Assembly (NCBI GenBank): GCA_963666485.2
Contig: CAXXUO010000004.1
Location: 128,001 to 192,000, forward strand
From: Syntrophorhabdaceae bacterium
GTDB taxonomy: Bacteria > Desulfobacterota > Syntrophorhabdia > Syntrophorhabdales > Syntrophorhabdaceae
Direction of reading: 5' to 3'
DNA length: 64,000 nucleotides
Each line of letters starts with the position of its first letter. Position 1 is the stretch's first letter. The position numbers were made by a program, and so were the translations under genes. Of the stretch, positions 10,470-19,955 are shown one piece after another. The notes beneath the pieces were generated by a model. That model was given only the letters and a program-made list of their open reading frames with translations, did no database searches and was not told where the DNA came from.

Positions 10470-12377
10470 TCAAATTAATTTCAGTTGCAATATGGTCTTT
10501 TTTAACGCATCGCAGACTACGTTTATTTCTTCAATATTCATGTTGTTGTGAAAAGGTAGTGCGATTGTCGATTCGCCTGCGCTCTCGGATACCGGGAATG
10601 ACCCGGGCTTATGACCGAATCTCTCCCGGTAGAAATTCTGCAAATGAATGGGGGTGAAATAAGGCCTGGTAGGGATTCCGAGTTTGGCCATTGCCTCGAT
10701 AACATCGTCCCGACCGATCCCGTTTTCCAATCGAACGACATAGACAAACCAGCTCATCCGCGTCGTTGTTGGCGCAATGTCCAGTATCTTTACTTCATCT
10801 ATGGAGATCAGGACTTTCTTGTAAAGGTCGGCGACATCATTCCTCTTTTTCAGTATCTCGTCAAGCCTTTTCAGCTGCACAACTCCCACGGCGGCATTAA
10901 GTTCGGACATGCGATAATTATATCCAAGGCGTGAATGGTTTAACCACCCATCCATTATATCCCTGCCCTGATTGCGAAGACTTCTCATGAGATCTGCCCA
11001 CGCACCGTCGTTTGTGACTATTACGGCCCCTTCACCTGTCGTCATCTGTTTATTGGGATAAAATGCAAAGGTACCGGCCTTCCCGATCGTACCGACGCGG
11101 CGGCCCTTGTAATGCGCGCCAATCGCTTCACACGCGTCTTCGATAACGATCAGGCCGTGCTTTGCCGCAATGTCCATGATGGGGTCCATATCCGCCGGTT
11201 GACCAAAGATGTGAACGGGGATTATGGCTTTTGTTCTTTCCGTGATCGCAGCCTCAATTTTCGCCGGATCGATATTGAGCGTGTCGGGGTCGATATCGAC
11301 AAATACGGGGGTGCCCCTCTCGAAAAGAATGCAGTTGGCGGAAGAGATGAAGCTGAAAGGGCTTGTGATCACTTCATCTCCCGGTTCTATGTTCGATGCA
11401 ACCATGCACATGTGCAACGCGCTGGTCCCGTTAGATACGGCGATAGCATGCTTTGCGTCCGCCTGTTCCGCCATGAGCTTTTCGAATAACACGGTTTGGG
11501 AACCAATGCTCAGGTTCCTCGATTGCATGACCTTTACAACCCCTTCTATTTCCTCGCGGGTGATATCCGGCATTGACATAGGAAGCCTTAAACCAACGCT
11601 GGTTCCCAAAACCGGTTGCTCGATATCGCCCAGGATCCCCGACAAATGAGGTACGGTCCTATAAGGCAGCGAGGCTTCCCGGCATATGTTCTGGATATTC
11701 CTGATCGTCTGGTCGGCTGCGCTCGGGATTGCAATGATCACTTCGTCTATCGATAATTTTTTTGCGACATCTTTCAAGGTGATAATGGGGCCGTACACCT
11801 TCACATCCGCTATGTTCATTGTGATCTTTGCCGGGTCGTCATCAAGAAAAGCTGCGGCCTGCAACCCGAGATAAGGGTTGTTCCTCATTTCATTCAAGGC
11901 ATATGTACCGGCGGTCCCTGCCCCGATGATCAAGGCCCGGCGGCCAGGCTCAAGACCGGTCTTCTGCCAGTCGATATCTCCGGCATAATGAATGTTCTTA
12001 CTGAGAAAAAAACGTAAAGACATAAGAAGCAGAAGGCTTAAAGAGCCTTCGAGAAAAACTACGGATTTTCCGATCAGGTAGATCAAATTCAATTTCAAAA
12101 CAAAGTAATTCAAGAAAAGGAGCAGTAAAGAGCCCGCCACGATACTGATGGCGACAGTCAGGAAATCACGGGCCGTCGCATAACGCCATATGGTCTTATA
12201 GCTGCCCGACAGAAAAAGGAAGAGCGGTCTGATGATAACGGCTGCCAGAACAAAAGGCAGTATATCGATGAACTGAAACCAGGATGAAAAATATGATCCC
12301 CTGCCGAGCCTGACCGCGAAGATGACAGAAAGTGATGTCAGGAAAATGTCATATAATATCCAGTAATATAACTTCAT
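10470..12377 (-). CDS. Fusion of a PglF/CapD-like N-terminal membrane plus Rossmann-like region with a DegT-family aminotransferase
   Basis: N-terminal TM helices with YKTIWRYA, ALIIGAGTAG, FLDDDPAK and VIIAIPSA; C-terminal SNGTSALH, EDACEAIGA, FAFYPNKQMTTGEG and GYNYRMSE. Confidence 0.8.
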   Translation of the reverse strand: MKLYYWILYDIFLTSLSVIFAVRLGRGSYFSSWFQFIDILPFVLAAVIIRPLFLFLSGSYKTIWRYATARDFLTVAISIVAGSLLLLFLNYFVLKLNLIYLIGKSVVFLEGSLSLLLLMSLRFFLSKNIHYAGDIDWQKTGLEPGRRALIIGAGTAGTYALNEMRNNPYLGLQAAAFLDDDPAKITMNIADVKVYGPIITLKDVAKKLSIDEVIIAIPSAADQTIRNIQNICREASLPYRTVPHLSGILGDIEQPVLGTSVGLRLPMSMPDITREEIEGVVKVMQSRNLSIGSQTVLFEKLMAEQADAKHAIAVSNGTSALHMCMVASNIEPGDEVITSPFSFISSANCILFERGTPVFVDIDPDTLNIDPAKIEAAITERTKAIIPVHIFGQPADMDPIMDIAAKHGLIVIEDACEAIGAHYKGRRVGTIGKAGTFAFYPNKQMTTGEGAVIVTNDGAWADLMRSLRNQGRDIMDGWLNHSRLGYNYRMSELNAAVGVVQLKRLDEILKKRNDVADLYKKVLISIDEVKILDIAPTTTRMSWFVYVVRLENGIGRDDVIEAMAKLGIPTRPYFTPIHLQNFYRERFGHKPGSFPVSESAGESTIALPFHNNMNIEEINVVCDALKKTILQLKLI

Positions 12378-12483
12378 GTCCCGTCATCAAGATAAACCAA
12401 ATCGCTCTGAATTGCCATGTTTTTTCAGATGCGGTTACAGGCTTGAGATGGCCGTTTTCGCCGGAGCCCCGGGGCGAGGGTGA

Positions 12484-13779
12484 TTATGTTCCGCTTATTT
12501 TCAATCCTTCAACATACAGGGATGGTGAGCCGACAGGTCCGTAAAATATCAAGTCATTGCCGGATTCTTTAAAATTCTGGAAGATATCGAAAACGTTACC
12601 GGATATCATAACTCCTTGAAATGGGGTGCGCGTTCCGTTCCTGACCGCATAGCCAAGGCACCCGACGGAAAAGTCACCCGTGATTGTGTTTGCGGTATGG
12701 GTACCCATTAATTCCTCGATCACTATCCCTTCCGTGATAACAGGCACGATATCACGTGTACCCGGGAGGACATATATGCCGCGAATACCGCACTTCGGCG
12801 GGGCCTTCAGAGAACCTCTAACGCTGTTGCCTGTCGAAGTTTTTCCAAGTTTACGCCCGAAATAGGAATCATACAGGAATGATGCGAAGACGCCGTCCTG
12901 AACAACCGTACTGTCGGATGACGGGATGCCTTCGCCGTCGAAAGTAAAGCCGTCGGTCCCGGCCATACCGGAATCGATGATCGTGAGCCCGTCGGCAAAA
13001 CACCGTTCGCCTTCCTTTCCCTTGAGTCGCGTCTTGTCTTTGAAGAGGCTTTCTCCCAGAAATGATTCGGAGAGTATCCCGAGAAGGTCCGTCGCGGCCT
13101 GGGGGGTAAAAATCCCATCATAGGTCCCGGTGGGTATCTGCCGGGCATTGAGCATGCTTATGACCTTTGCGGCAATATGGGTCCCCATTTCTTTCGCGTT
13201 GATATCTTTCAAAGTATGCGCCCATCGCCAATCGTACCATGAGACCTCATCGCTGCCCTCTGCTGCGACTGTCATGGCTGAATACAGAAAAAGGCTGCTG
13301 CGTCCCGTGATGTTAAGCCCGTTGGAATTAACGAGTGAGGCAGAGACCTCGACCTCCTGAAACTCGCAGCTCCTTACGGTTTTTATGCGGGAGTCATACT
13401 TTCTGATCGTCTCTTCCATTTCCAGGAGAACGGACCGTTTTTCGTCATCATGCACGGCGAGGCCGGATGCATCGTACAGGTTTCCTTCCGGATACTCCCC
13501 GGAAGGCCCCGGAAAGAGCATGTCTTCGTCTATCTCCATAACAGGCAATATCGCCTGTGCATTTTCTGTAAGCTTTCCTGCCGGATCGCCGCGATCATAT
13601 GTGTAGCAGAAAACAGGCCGCGAGCCTTTAACGGCACGCAGGGCATACCCCTCTTCCTCTTTGTATTCGGCCGAGCAGATCTCCCCGTCCCGCGCCTCCA
13701 TCTTGTTGCCTTTTTCGCTCAGACAGAAAACTTCATACTGGTCAAACGTGCGGGAGATCTTATCGACAACGTCCTTCAT
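12484..13779 (-). CDS. pmbA: TldD/PmbA family protein (PmbA/TldE type)
   Basis: FDGEG, STGNSVR, MGTHTANTITGDFS and GSPSLYVEGLKISG. Confidence 0.85.
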   Translation of the reverse strand: MKDVVDKISRTFDQYEVFCLSEKGNKMEARDGEICSAEYKEEEGYALRAVKGSRPVFCYTYDRGDPAGKLTENAQAILPVMEIDEDMLFPGPSGEYPEGNLYDASGLAVHDDEKRSVLLEMEETIRKYDSRIKTVRSCEFQEVEVSASLVNSNGLNITGRSSLFLYSAMTVAAEGSDEVSWYDWRWAHTLKDINAKEMGTHIAAKVISMLNARQIPTGTYDGIFTPQAATDLLGILSESFLGESLFKDKTRLKGKEGERCFADGLTIIDSGMAGTDGFTFDGEGIPSSDSTVVQDGVFASFLYDSYFGRKLGKTSTGNSVRGSLKAPPKCGIRGIYVLPGTRDIVPVITEGIVIEELMGTHTANTITGDFSVGCLGYAVRNGTRTPFQGVMISGNVFDIFQNFKESGNDLIFYGPVGSPSLYVEGLKISGT

Positions 13780-13889
13780 ACATTACCTCAAGGTTTATTT
13801 CTGGCATTATAGTACGCAACAAGCTCGGTATCAAGGCGAAACCTTTCTGAATAACCCGTTACGCCTTCTTTACGGCGGTTGAACAAACA

Positions 13890-13916
13890 CTGGATTCCGG
13901 CCTTCGCCGGAATGAC
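13890..13916. repeat. REP-like palindrome CTGGATTCCGGC-CTTC-GCCGGAATGAC
   Basis: Identical copy at 49138-49164 and near-identical copy at 20723-20749. Confidence 0.85.
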
Positions 13917-13939
13917 GTATTTCTATTTTAGGTTTTACC

Positions 13940-13967
13940 TGGAACGTGGAACCTGGAACCCGGAACC
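13940..13967. repeat. Heptamer tandem repeat TGGAAC(C/G) x4, followed by hairpin GCGGC-GCA-GCCGC
   Basis: tggaacg tggaacc tggaacc cggaacc; same unit at 23288 and 31045. Confidence 0.8.
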
Positions 13968-13979
13968 GCGGCGCAGCCG

Positions 13980-14429
13980 CTATATCTCCCTTATCATCGC
14001 CGTCTCGTCGCATTCCGGGAATTTGGGGCATTTGATGCAGTCCGACCATATCTTTTGAGGAAAGACTTTTTTATCGCTGATAGAAAATCCGCACTTCTGG
14101 AAAAAGTCGACCTGATACGTCAGTAAGAACAGCTTATGAATCTCATAGGCGCGGGCCTCTTCGACACATGCCTCGACGAGGGCACGGCCCGTGCCTTTTT
14201 TCCGGGCGAATTCGGCGACGCAGAGGGAACGGACCTCGGCGAGGTTCTCCCAGCATATGTGGAGAGCTCCGGTTCCGGCTATGTTGTCTCCCTCTATGTA
14301 AACAAAATAATCTCTCAGGTTGTCATAGAGCTCGCCGAGCGACCGCGGCAGCATTTCGCCCCGGGATGCGGCTTGATTTATCAATTGGTGGATCTTTTTG
14401 ATATCTTCGACACGTGCTTTTCTGATCAT
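13980..14429 (-). CDS. GNAT N-acetyltransferase (short ArgA-like amino-acid acetyltransferase)
   Basis: MLPRSLGELYDNLRDY, LAEVRSL and FPQKIWSDCIKCPKFPECDE. Confidence 0.85.
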   Translation of the reverse strand: MIRKARVEDIKKIHQLINQAASRGEMLPRSLGELYDNLRDYFVYIEGDNIAGTGALHICWENLAEVRSLCVAEFARKKGTGRALVEACVEEARAYEIHKLFLLTYQVDFFQKCGFSISDKKVFPQKIWSDCIKCPKFPECDETAMIREI

Positions 14430-16027
14430 AATTGCAGCATCTCCCGCGCTCTTTTTATCGTTATATCGGTGATCATGGCCCCGCCCAGCATTCGGGCCAA
14501 CTCTTCAACGCGCTCTTCGGCATTAAGCTCGCGTATGGCGGTAACGGTCCGGCCGGAGACCACCTTCTTTTCGACAACAAAATGCCTGTCACCGTAGGCC
14601 GCTATCTGGGGCAGATGGGTGATACACAGGATCTGGTGTTTGACCGAGAGGTCCTTGAGCCGTTTGCCCACCATGTCGGCTATGCGCCCTCCGATCCCGG
14701 AGTCCACCTCGTCGAATATCAGCGCTTTTTCTTCCTCGCCGCCGATCACTTTCTTGATGGCGAGCATGATCCGCGACAATTCGCCGCCCGACGCGATCTT
14801 TCTCAGCGGCTTCACGGGTTCGCCCGGGTTCGTGGATATCAGGAGCTCAATGTCGTCCCGGCCATCCCTGTCGATGCGCCCTTTATCGTCGATCGATACA
14901 CGGAACTGCAGGCCGTTCATCGAAAGGAACCCCAGTTCATCGATGATCGTCTTCTCGATGCGGGACGAACCTTTTCTGCGTTTATTCGAAAGGTCAACGG
15001 ACATACCTTCCACATTATTCCGAAGGTCTGCCTGCTGCCTTTCCAGGTGGTCAATATTATCGGTAATGCCTCTCAGGTATGCAAGCCTTTCCCGGGCCGT
15101 ATTAAGAAAATCCTGTATCTCCCCGGGCGAGCCGCCATATTTGTCTTTCAGCTTAAAGATCTCAGACAGGCGCTCCTCCGCCTTGAGCATTTCTTCTTCA
15201 TCGAGGAGTATGGTTTTCTGGAAGCTGTGCATTTCGGACACGAGGTCCTCTATCTCATAGGAAATCGTGTCCAGCCGCGTCCTGAAGCTCTCTACCGCTT
15301 CGATGTTCCCGAGACCCCGCAGCAGGGCGCCGCAGTTCTTGATCATCGATTCGGCAGAACTATCGGACATCTGAAGCCCCTCGGCTATCTCTTCAAAAAC
15401 CCTGGTGATCTTCTCGGCGTTTTTCAGGACCTTGAGCCTCTCCCGCAGGTTTTCTTCCTCAACCTCGCCTATATTTTTTGACTCGATCTCATCGATCTGG
15501 AATTCAAGAAGGGCTATTTCCCTGTCCTTTCCTTCGGCCTGGCGTTTCATCGCGGCAAGGTCCGCATTTACCTTCTTTAATTCATCAACCTTTTCTCCGA
15601 GCTTTTGCCTCTCCTCGTCGAGCCCGAGGAGCGTATCGATAATAACCGGATAATTCTCCTTGTCGAGCAGGTGCTGGAATTCGTTCTGGCCGTAGACGCT
15701 GATCAATGTCGAGCCAAGATTTTCCATTTTCGCGAGGGTGACGGGTTCATCGTTCAGGAAGGCCCGCGACCTCCCCGAATTACCGATGATGCGCTTCAGG
15801 ATATATTCTTCATTGCCGCTTATAAAATGGCCGGTCACTTCAGCCTGCGCGGCATCGGTGCGCACGGCATCCGGGGCGGATTTTGCATTCATGAGGGTGG
15901 CAAGTGCGTTAATGACGATCGATTTCCCGGCACCGGTCTCGCCGGTTATCACGTTGAAGCCTTCGCCGAACTCGATCTTCAGTTCATCGATGATAGCGAA
16001 GCCCTTAACCCCGAGATACGTCAGCAT
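14426..16027 (-). CDS. recN: DNA repair protein RecN
   Basis: ITGETGAGKS Walker A, ASGGELSRIML, FDEVDSG and CITHLPQIAA; downstream of nadK. Confidence 0.95.
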   Translation of the reverse strand: MLTYLGVKGFAIIDELKIEFGEGFNVITGETGAGKSIVINALATLMNAKSAPDAVRTDAAQAEVTGHFISGNEEYILKRIIGNSGRSRAFLNDEPVTLAKMENLGSTLISVYGQNEFQHLLDKENYPVIIDTLLGLDEERQKLGEKVDELKKVNADLAAMKRQAEGKDREIALLEFQIDEIESKNIGEVEEENLRERLKVLKNAEKITRVFEEIAEGLQMSDSSAESMIKNCGALLRGLGNIEAVESFRTRLDTISYEIEDLVSEMHSFQKTILLDEEEMLKAEERLSEIFKLKDKYGGSPGEIQDFLNTARERLAYLRGITDNIDHLERQQADLRNNVEGMSVDLSNKRRKGSSRIEKTIIDELGFLSMNGLQFRVSIDDKGRIDRDGRDDIELLISTNPGEPVKPLRKIASGGELSRIMLAIKKVIGGEEEKALIFDEVDSGIGGRIADMVGKRLKDLSVKHQILCITHLPQIAAYGDRHFVVEKKVVSGRTVTAIRELNAEERVEELARMLGGAMITDITIKRAREMLQL

Positions 16028-16031
16028 TCCT

Positions 16032-16880
16032 TTACCGCTCGCCCCATTTCAGCTTTGTTCGCAATATCTCAAAATATCCGCGTGCCGATTTTACGAGATG
16101 AACGCAATGGCCCGACTTCTTCACTATGACCTCGTCCGCATACTCGAGGGGGAACCCTACCTGCCCGTCGAGTGTCAGGATGACCTTTTCGTTCATGGAT
16201 TTCAGGACGGCCCTGATGACGACGGATTCGGGCAGGATTATCGGGCGGTTTGTCAGTGTGTGCGGGCAGATCGGTGTAACGATAAGATTCGTGAGGGATG
16301 GATACATGAGCGGCCCGCCTGCCGCCATGGAGTATCCCGTGGATCCCGTGGGCGTGGAGACGATGAGTCCGTCGGCCTTGTACGTGGTCAGGTACGCGTC
16401 ATTCACGTATGTTTCGATGTCGATGATGCGCGCCAGCGCATCTTTTGTAATGACGGCATCATTCAATATGGTGATGCCGAATATCGGGTCGCCCTCGCGC
16501 ATCACCTTGACATCGAGCATGATGCGTTTGGAGATGCTGAAATCATCACGCAGCACCTTGTCCAGGGTGACCGCCGTTTCCTCGATAGATGTCTCGGTCA
16601 AAAATCCGAGCCCTCCCAGGTTGACCCCCACAATGGGCACCTCCGAGCCTTTTCCGTGGCGCGACACTGACAAAAGAGTGCCATCACCGCCAAGCACCAC
16701 GATAACGTCAGCGCCCTCTCCGACATGTTCCATCTCGAATGTTTCGCCATAACCGATGCGGGATGCGGCCTCTTCCTCGATCACGATCCGGTTGCCATCT
16801 CCAAAACGGTTAATTATCTCGCCCGCTATTTCCAGTGCGTCTTTCTTTTCCCGTTTGCACACAACATGGATGGTTTTCAT
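16032..16880 (-). CDS. nadK: NAD(+) kinase
   Basis: VLGGDGT, NLGGLGFL, ADGLIVSTPTGSTGYSMAAGG and PICPHTL. Confidence 0.95.
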   Translation of the reverse strand: MKTIHVVCKREKKDALEIAGEIINRFGDGNRIVIEEEAASRIGYGETFEMEHVGEGADVIVVLGGDGTLLSVSRHGKGSEVPIVGVNLGGLGFLTETSIEETAVTLDKVLRDDFSISKRIMLDVKVMREGDPIFGITILNDAVITKDALARIIDIETYVNDAYLTTYKADGLIVSTPTGSTGYSMAAGGPLMYPSLTNLIVTPICPHTLTNRPIILPESVVIRAVLKSMNEKVILTLDGQVGFPLEYADEVIVKKSGHCVHLVKSARGYFEILRTKLKWGER

Positions 16881-17914
16881 TGCATGTACCTTTCCTTCAG
16901 GTCTGCCGACACCCTGTTCAAAAAATCAAAAGCCCTTTCCACCGTTTCGGTCCGGTCGGGATTGGCGAGATTACATGTGGCAGGGGCAAGCAGGCTGCCA
17001 GCGGCTATTTCAGTCGAATCCAAACCCCTCTGAAGCAGGGGTCCCCACAAAGCATTCAGTCGGGCGATCACAGACCCGGTATCTTCTTTCGTAAGCTCTT
17101 CCTGGTATGTCGGTACGATCCCCCAGCTGACTATGCCGCCTTTCTTGATAAAATCATTCACCTTTCCGTAATTTACGAAGATATCGCCAAATCCCCATGC
17201 ATTCAACGAAATGATGTCCAGGCCGAGGGAGAGGAGGAAATCCCAATCGGGGTTCCCGCACAGATGGAGGCCGCGCGGACTTTCGACACCGTCATAGAAC
17301 TGCAAAAGCTCGTCCCGGGCCTTGACATGATCATAGCCGCTCATCGCACTGAAGATAAACTCCAGGCCAGGGTCATCTATCCAAACAAACGCATGTTCAT
17401 TCTTCACGACAAGCTCCCTGTATTGCGCATTGACCCTTTTCTGGATGAACGAGAACGCAATTGAACGTATGTCATCATTATAAACTATCGGTTTTCCATT
17501 CTCATCTACAATTTTCAGGGTAAGGGATACCGGGCTGATCACCTGTCCATGGACCGATTTGAACCCGGAAAGATCATGTGCAAGGAATTTCCGGTACACC
17601 TGCGAATAATTATCGGACAATGCGAACCACGCGATATCGTTCTCGTGAGCAAAAAATTCATCAAGACCGGTGTAGAAAAGCCGGGTATCAATATAGATCC
17701 GCTGCGATGCCTCATCGAGCACCATTCCTGGAAAATGCTCCAGTGCCTGCACATACATGTCCTCAAAAAAAGAGACCCGGGGGAGCTGCGGCCAGAAAGG
17801 GATATCGAGGGACAAGGCGAGGTTAAGCGCTTTATCGACATCCTCATGAGGTAGGATGCCCATGGCTGTCGTGGCAAGGCCGGCGGTAAAAGAGGCCTTT
17901 TTCTTCATATACAT
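16877..17914 (-). CDS. Stand-alone 'core' MetE-like (cobalamin-independent methionine synthase catalytic domain) protein
   Basis: TTAMGILPH, DIPFWPQLP, an HxC motif (GLHLCG), WGIVPT and PATC; about 345 aa; start uncertain. Confidence 0.6.
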   Translation of the reverse strand: MYMKKKASFTAGLATTAMGILPHEDVDKALNLALSLDIPFWPQLPRVSFFEDMYVQALEHFPGMVLDEASQRIYIDTRLFYTGLDEFFAHENDIAWFALSDNYSQVYRKFLAHDLSGFKSVHGQVISPVSLTLKIVDENGKPIVYNDDIRSIAFSFIQKRVNAQYRELVVKNEHAFVWIDDPGLEFIFSAMSGYDHVKARDELLQFYDGVESPRGLHLCGNPDWDFLLSLGLDIISLNAWGFGDIFVNYGKVNDFIKKGGIVSWGIVPTYQEELTKEDTGSVIARLNALWGPLLQRGLDSTEIAAGSLLAPATCNLANPDRTETVERAFDFLNRVSADLKERYMQ

Positions 17915-17950
17915 CTGTATCAAATGAGGGTCTTGTATGTCAATGGATGG

Positions 17951-18045
17951 AAGAACGGCGTACGGCTAACGGCGGACGGGAAAAACTAAAATGCGAAAGG
18001 TAAACGGCGTAAGGCTGACGGCTGACGGCGTACGGGAAAGGCGGT
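17951..18045. repeat. Degenerate heptamer arrays (ACGGCTA/ACGGCGT family), starting AAGAACGGCGTACGGCTAACGGC
   Basis: First 23 nt are identical to 18790-18812. Confidence 0.75.
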
Positions 18046-18170
18046 CTGAAATGGGGTGATTTGGGCTGCATGATTTTTAGATGGTTTGTCCAATATAATC
18101 ACATAGTTATCTGTTATACTGCTCATAAAAAGGGTTGACAAGAATATATGGATTGGGCTATGTTAACCGG

Positions 18171-18788
18171 ATGAATCGTGGAAAGCCCTTATACATTGCT
18201 CTCATAACACTGCTTTTCCTCGTGAGCATCCTGACGGCAGGGTTCTGTGCGTCGGGTGTTTTGCGCGAAGATACCCAGTCCGAAAAGACTGAAAAGGCGC
18301 TCATCATCGAGAAGACCGTATCGTATCTCAAGGAACGTAAACCGGGGATCCCCGAGGAACGCGTCAAGATCATAGCGAGCAGCGTCTACGAAGAGTCAAA
18401 GAAGTACGATCTTGACTACCGGCTTGTTCTTGCCATTATGAAGGTCGAAAGCAACTACAAGACAGAAGCGGTATCGAGAACCGGCCGTGGATTGATGCAG
18501 ATAAACCCGAGATCGGCCAAGGCCCTTGCCCGGCAGTCAGGCGTCGAGATCAAGGGTGCAAAATGTCTTCATGAACCGGAAAAAAATATCAAGCTCGGCG
18601 TCAGCTACCTCTCAAGATTGCACAACATGTTCGACAACATAGTGTCTGCACTGCACGCGTATAACGCCGGTCCCGGCAAGGTCCAGAAACCGGAGAACGA
18701 GCAGCAGGCGAAGACCACCTCATTTACTCGCAAGGTCATGAGCGAATATCAGCGGATAGCGGAAGTATTGCCGGATCCGGAAGAGTAA
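18171..18788 (+). CDS. Lytic transglycosylase (SLT domain), N-terminally anchored
   Basis: LAIMKVESNY, GLMQI, NIKLGVSYL and ALHAYNAGPG; ATG 18171 preferred because the track's TTG start lies in a TTGACA box. Confidence 0.85.
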   Translation: MNRGKPLYIALITLLFLVSILTAGFCASGVLREDTQSEKTEKALIIEKTVSYLKERKPGIPEERVKIIASSVYEESKKYDLDYRLVLAIMKVESNYKTEAVSRTGRGLMQINPRSAKALARQSGVEIKGAKCLHEPEKNIKLGVSYLSRLHNMFDNIVSALHAYNAGPGKVQKPENEQQAKTTSFTRKVMSEYQRIAEVLPDPEE

Positions 18789-18793
18789 AAAGA

Positions 18794-18825
18794 ACGGCGT
18801 ACGGCTAACGGCTAACGGCTAACGG
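18794..18825. repeat. Left arm: heptamer array ACGGCGT-(ACGGCTA)3-ACGG
   Basis: 18795-18818 is the exact reverse complement of 19265-19288. Confidence 0.9.
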
Positions 18826-18881
18826 AAAAAATCCCAGTAAATTAATTCGGAAAACAATTCTGACAATTAAGGGATAGGTCT

Positions 18882-19271
18882 GTGTCAAAGGGGGGATTTA
18901 GAAATCTTAAGGTCTGGCAGCGAAGCAAAGATCTGGCGGTGAGGATATATAGCGTAACAGGTGATGGGAAATTCGAAAAAGATTTCGGTTTGAGAGACCA
19001 ACTGAGGCGGGCCAGCGTATCCATTCCCAGCAATATAGCTGAAGGTGACGAAAGAAATACTGACCGCGAAGCCGTCCGCCATCTCTACATTGCAAAAGGA
19101 TCTGCCGCCGAGTTACTGACCCAACTGATAATAGCCCACGAAATTCGATATTTGGACACGAATTTATTTAAAGATCTCGAAGATGATTGCCTGGCAATTT
19201 CCAGCATGCTTTCAAAATTAATCGCCTCCCGCTCCAAAACTTTCAGAACCGATGAATGTCTTTCCCGTTAG
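18882..19271 (+). CDS. Four-helix-bundle protein (23S rRNA IVP / Avd-like family)
   Basis: FRNLKVWQRS, FGLRDQLRRASVSIPSNIAEG and LYIAKGSAAELLTQL; GTG start after GGGATAGG. Confidence 0.92.
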   Translation: MSKGGFRNLKVWQRSKDLAVRIYSVTGDGKFEKDFGLRDQLRRASVSIPSNIAEGDERNTDREAVRHLYIAKGSAAELLTQLIIAHEIRYLDTNLFKDLEDDCLAISSMLSKLIASRSKTFRTDECLSR

Positions 19272-19288
19272 CCGTTAGCCGTACGCCG
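19265..19288. repeat. Right arm: CCGTTAG-CCGTTAG-CCGTACG-CCG; supplies the TAG stop of the four-helix-bundle gene
   Basis: Perfect 24-bp inverted repeat with 18795-18818. Confidence 0.9.
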
Positions 19289-19289
19289 C

Positions 19290-19955
19290 TTACCATTTGT
19301 ACCTATCTTCCATAAACGAATAATACATATACCCAAACCGGTTATACCAATCTTTCTCACCGTAATATTTGGCCTCACACTGGTCGATCTCCTGCAGCAC
19401 GGCTTTCAGTTTATCGGAGAGTTCCTGGTGTTTGTTGCGGTATGCCTTTTCGAAATTCTTGAATGACGCCTCTATCTTGCGCCTTTCCGCCTGCCAGCCA
19501 AGACCTGCCACCCCATGCACGCCCGATACGCTGTCCCCGAACGAAAGGGAACTCTTTGTGAAATCTTCGGTGGCTATCTTGAGTGCCCGGAGCTTTTCGA
19601 AGTTTACTCTCAGCCTGTACAGCTTGTCATATGCGCCTTTATAACAATCCTTGCAGCCGTCCTTCTTCAACTCGTCACAGCTTGTCGGGACCTGGGGCAT
19701 CCCCGGGGGGTTGTAATTCGGGTCCGCCTGCTTGTCGAGGTCGGAAAGAGGTTTGAAACTGTCGAAAAGATTGACGGCGCCTTTCGATATATCCTGTGCC
19801 TGTTTTGACGAGTCATATGCCTTGCCTAAGGTGTCCATACCCTTCCAGAGGTCCTGAATGGGCAATTCGGAAGGGCCGGCAAGGGCACATAACGGTAAAA
19901 CCAGCAATACAGATACAAAAGAAACGACAGTATTTTTTATCATTATCTTTTTCAT
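19290..19955 (-). CDS. Hypothetical exported helical protein with four mature-region Cys
   Basis: Signal-peptide-like N terminus; SCDE..GCKDCY..QCE; start abuts the upstream gene's stop. Confidence 0.7.
   Translation of the reverse strand: MKKIMIKNTVVSFVSVLLVLPLCALAGPSELPIQDLWKGMDTLGKAYDSSKQAQDISKGAVNLFDSFKPLSDLDKQADPNYNPPGMPQVPTSCDELKKDGCKDCYKGAYDKLYRLRVNFEKLRALKIATEDFTKSSLSFGDSVSGVHGVAGLGWQAERRKIEASFKNFEKAYRNKHQELSDKLKAVLQEIDQCEAKYYGEKDWYNRFGYMYYSFMEDRYKW

Noticed and set aside
14432..15481. Long antisense ORFs (also 21648-23006, 33547-34464, 45756-46958, 50931-51914 and others)
   Set aside because: They shadow well-supported genes on the other strand and show no recognisable motifs
18882..19271. 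Diversity-generating retroelement suggested by the Avd-like protein
   Set aside because: No reverse transcriptase and no template/variable repeat pair differing at adenines was seen in the window
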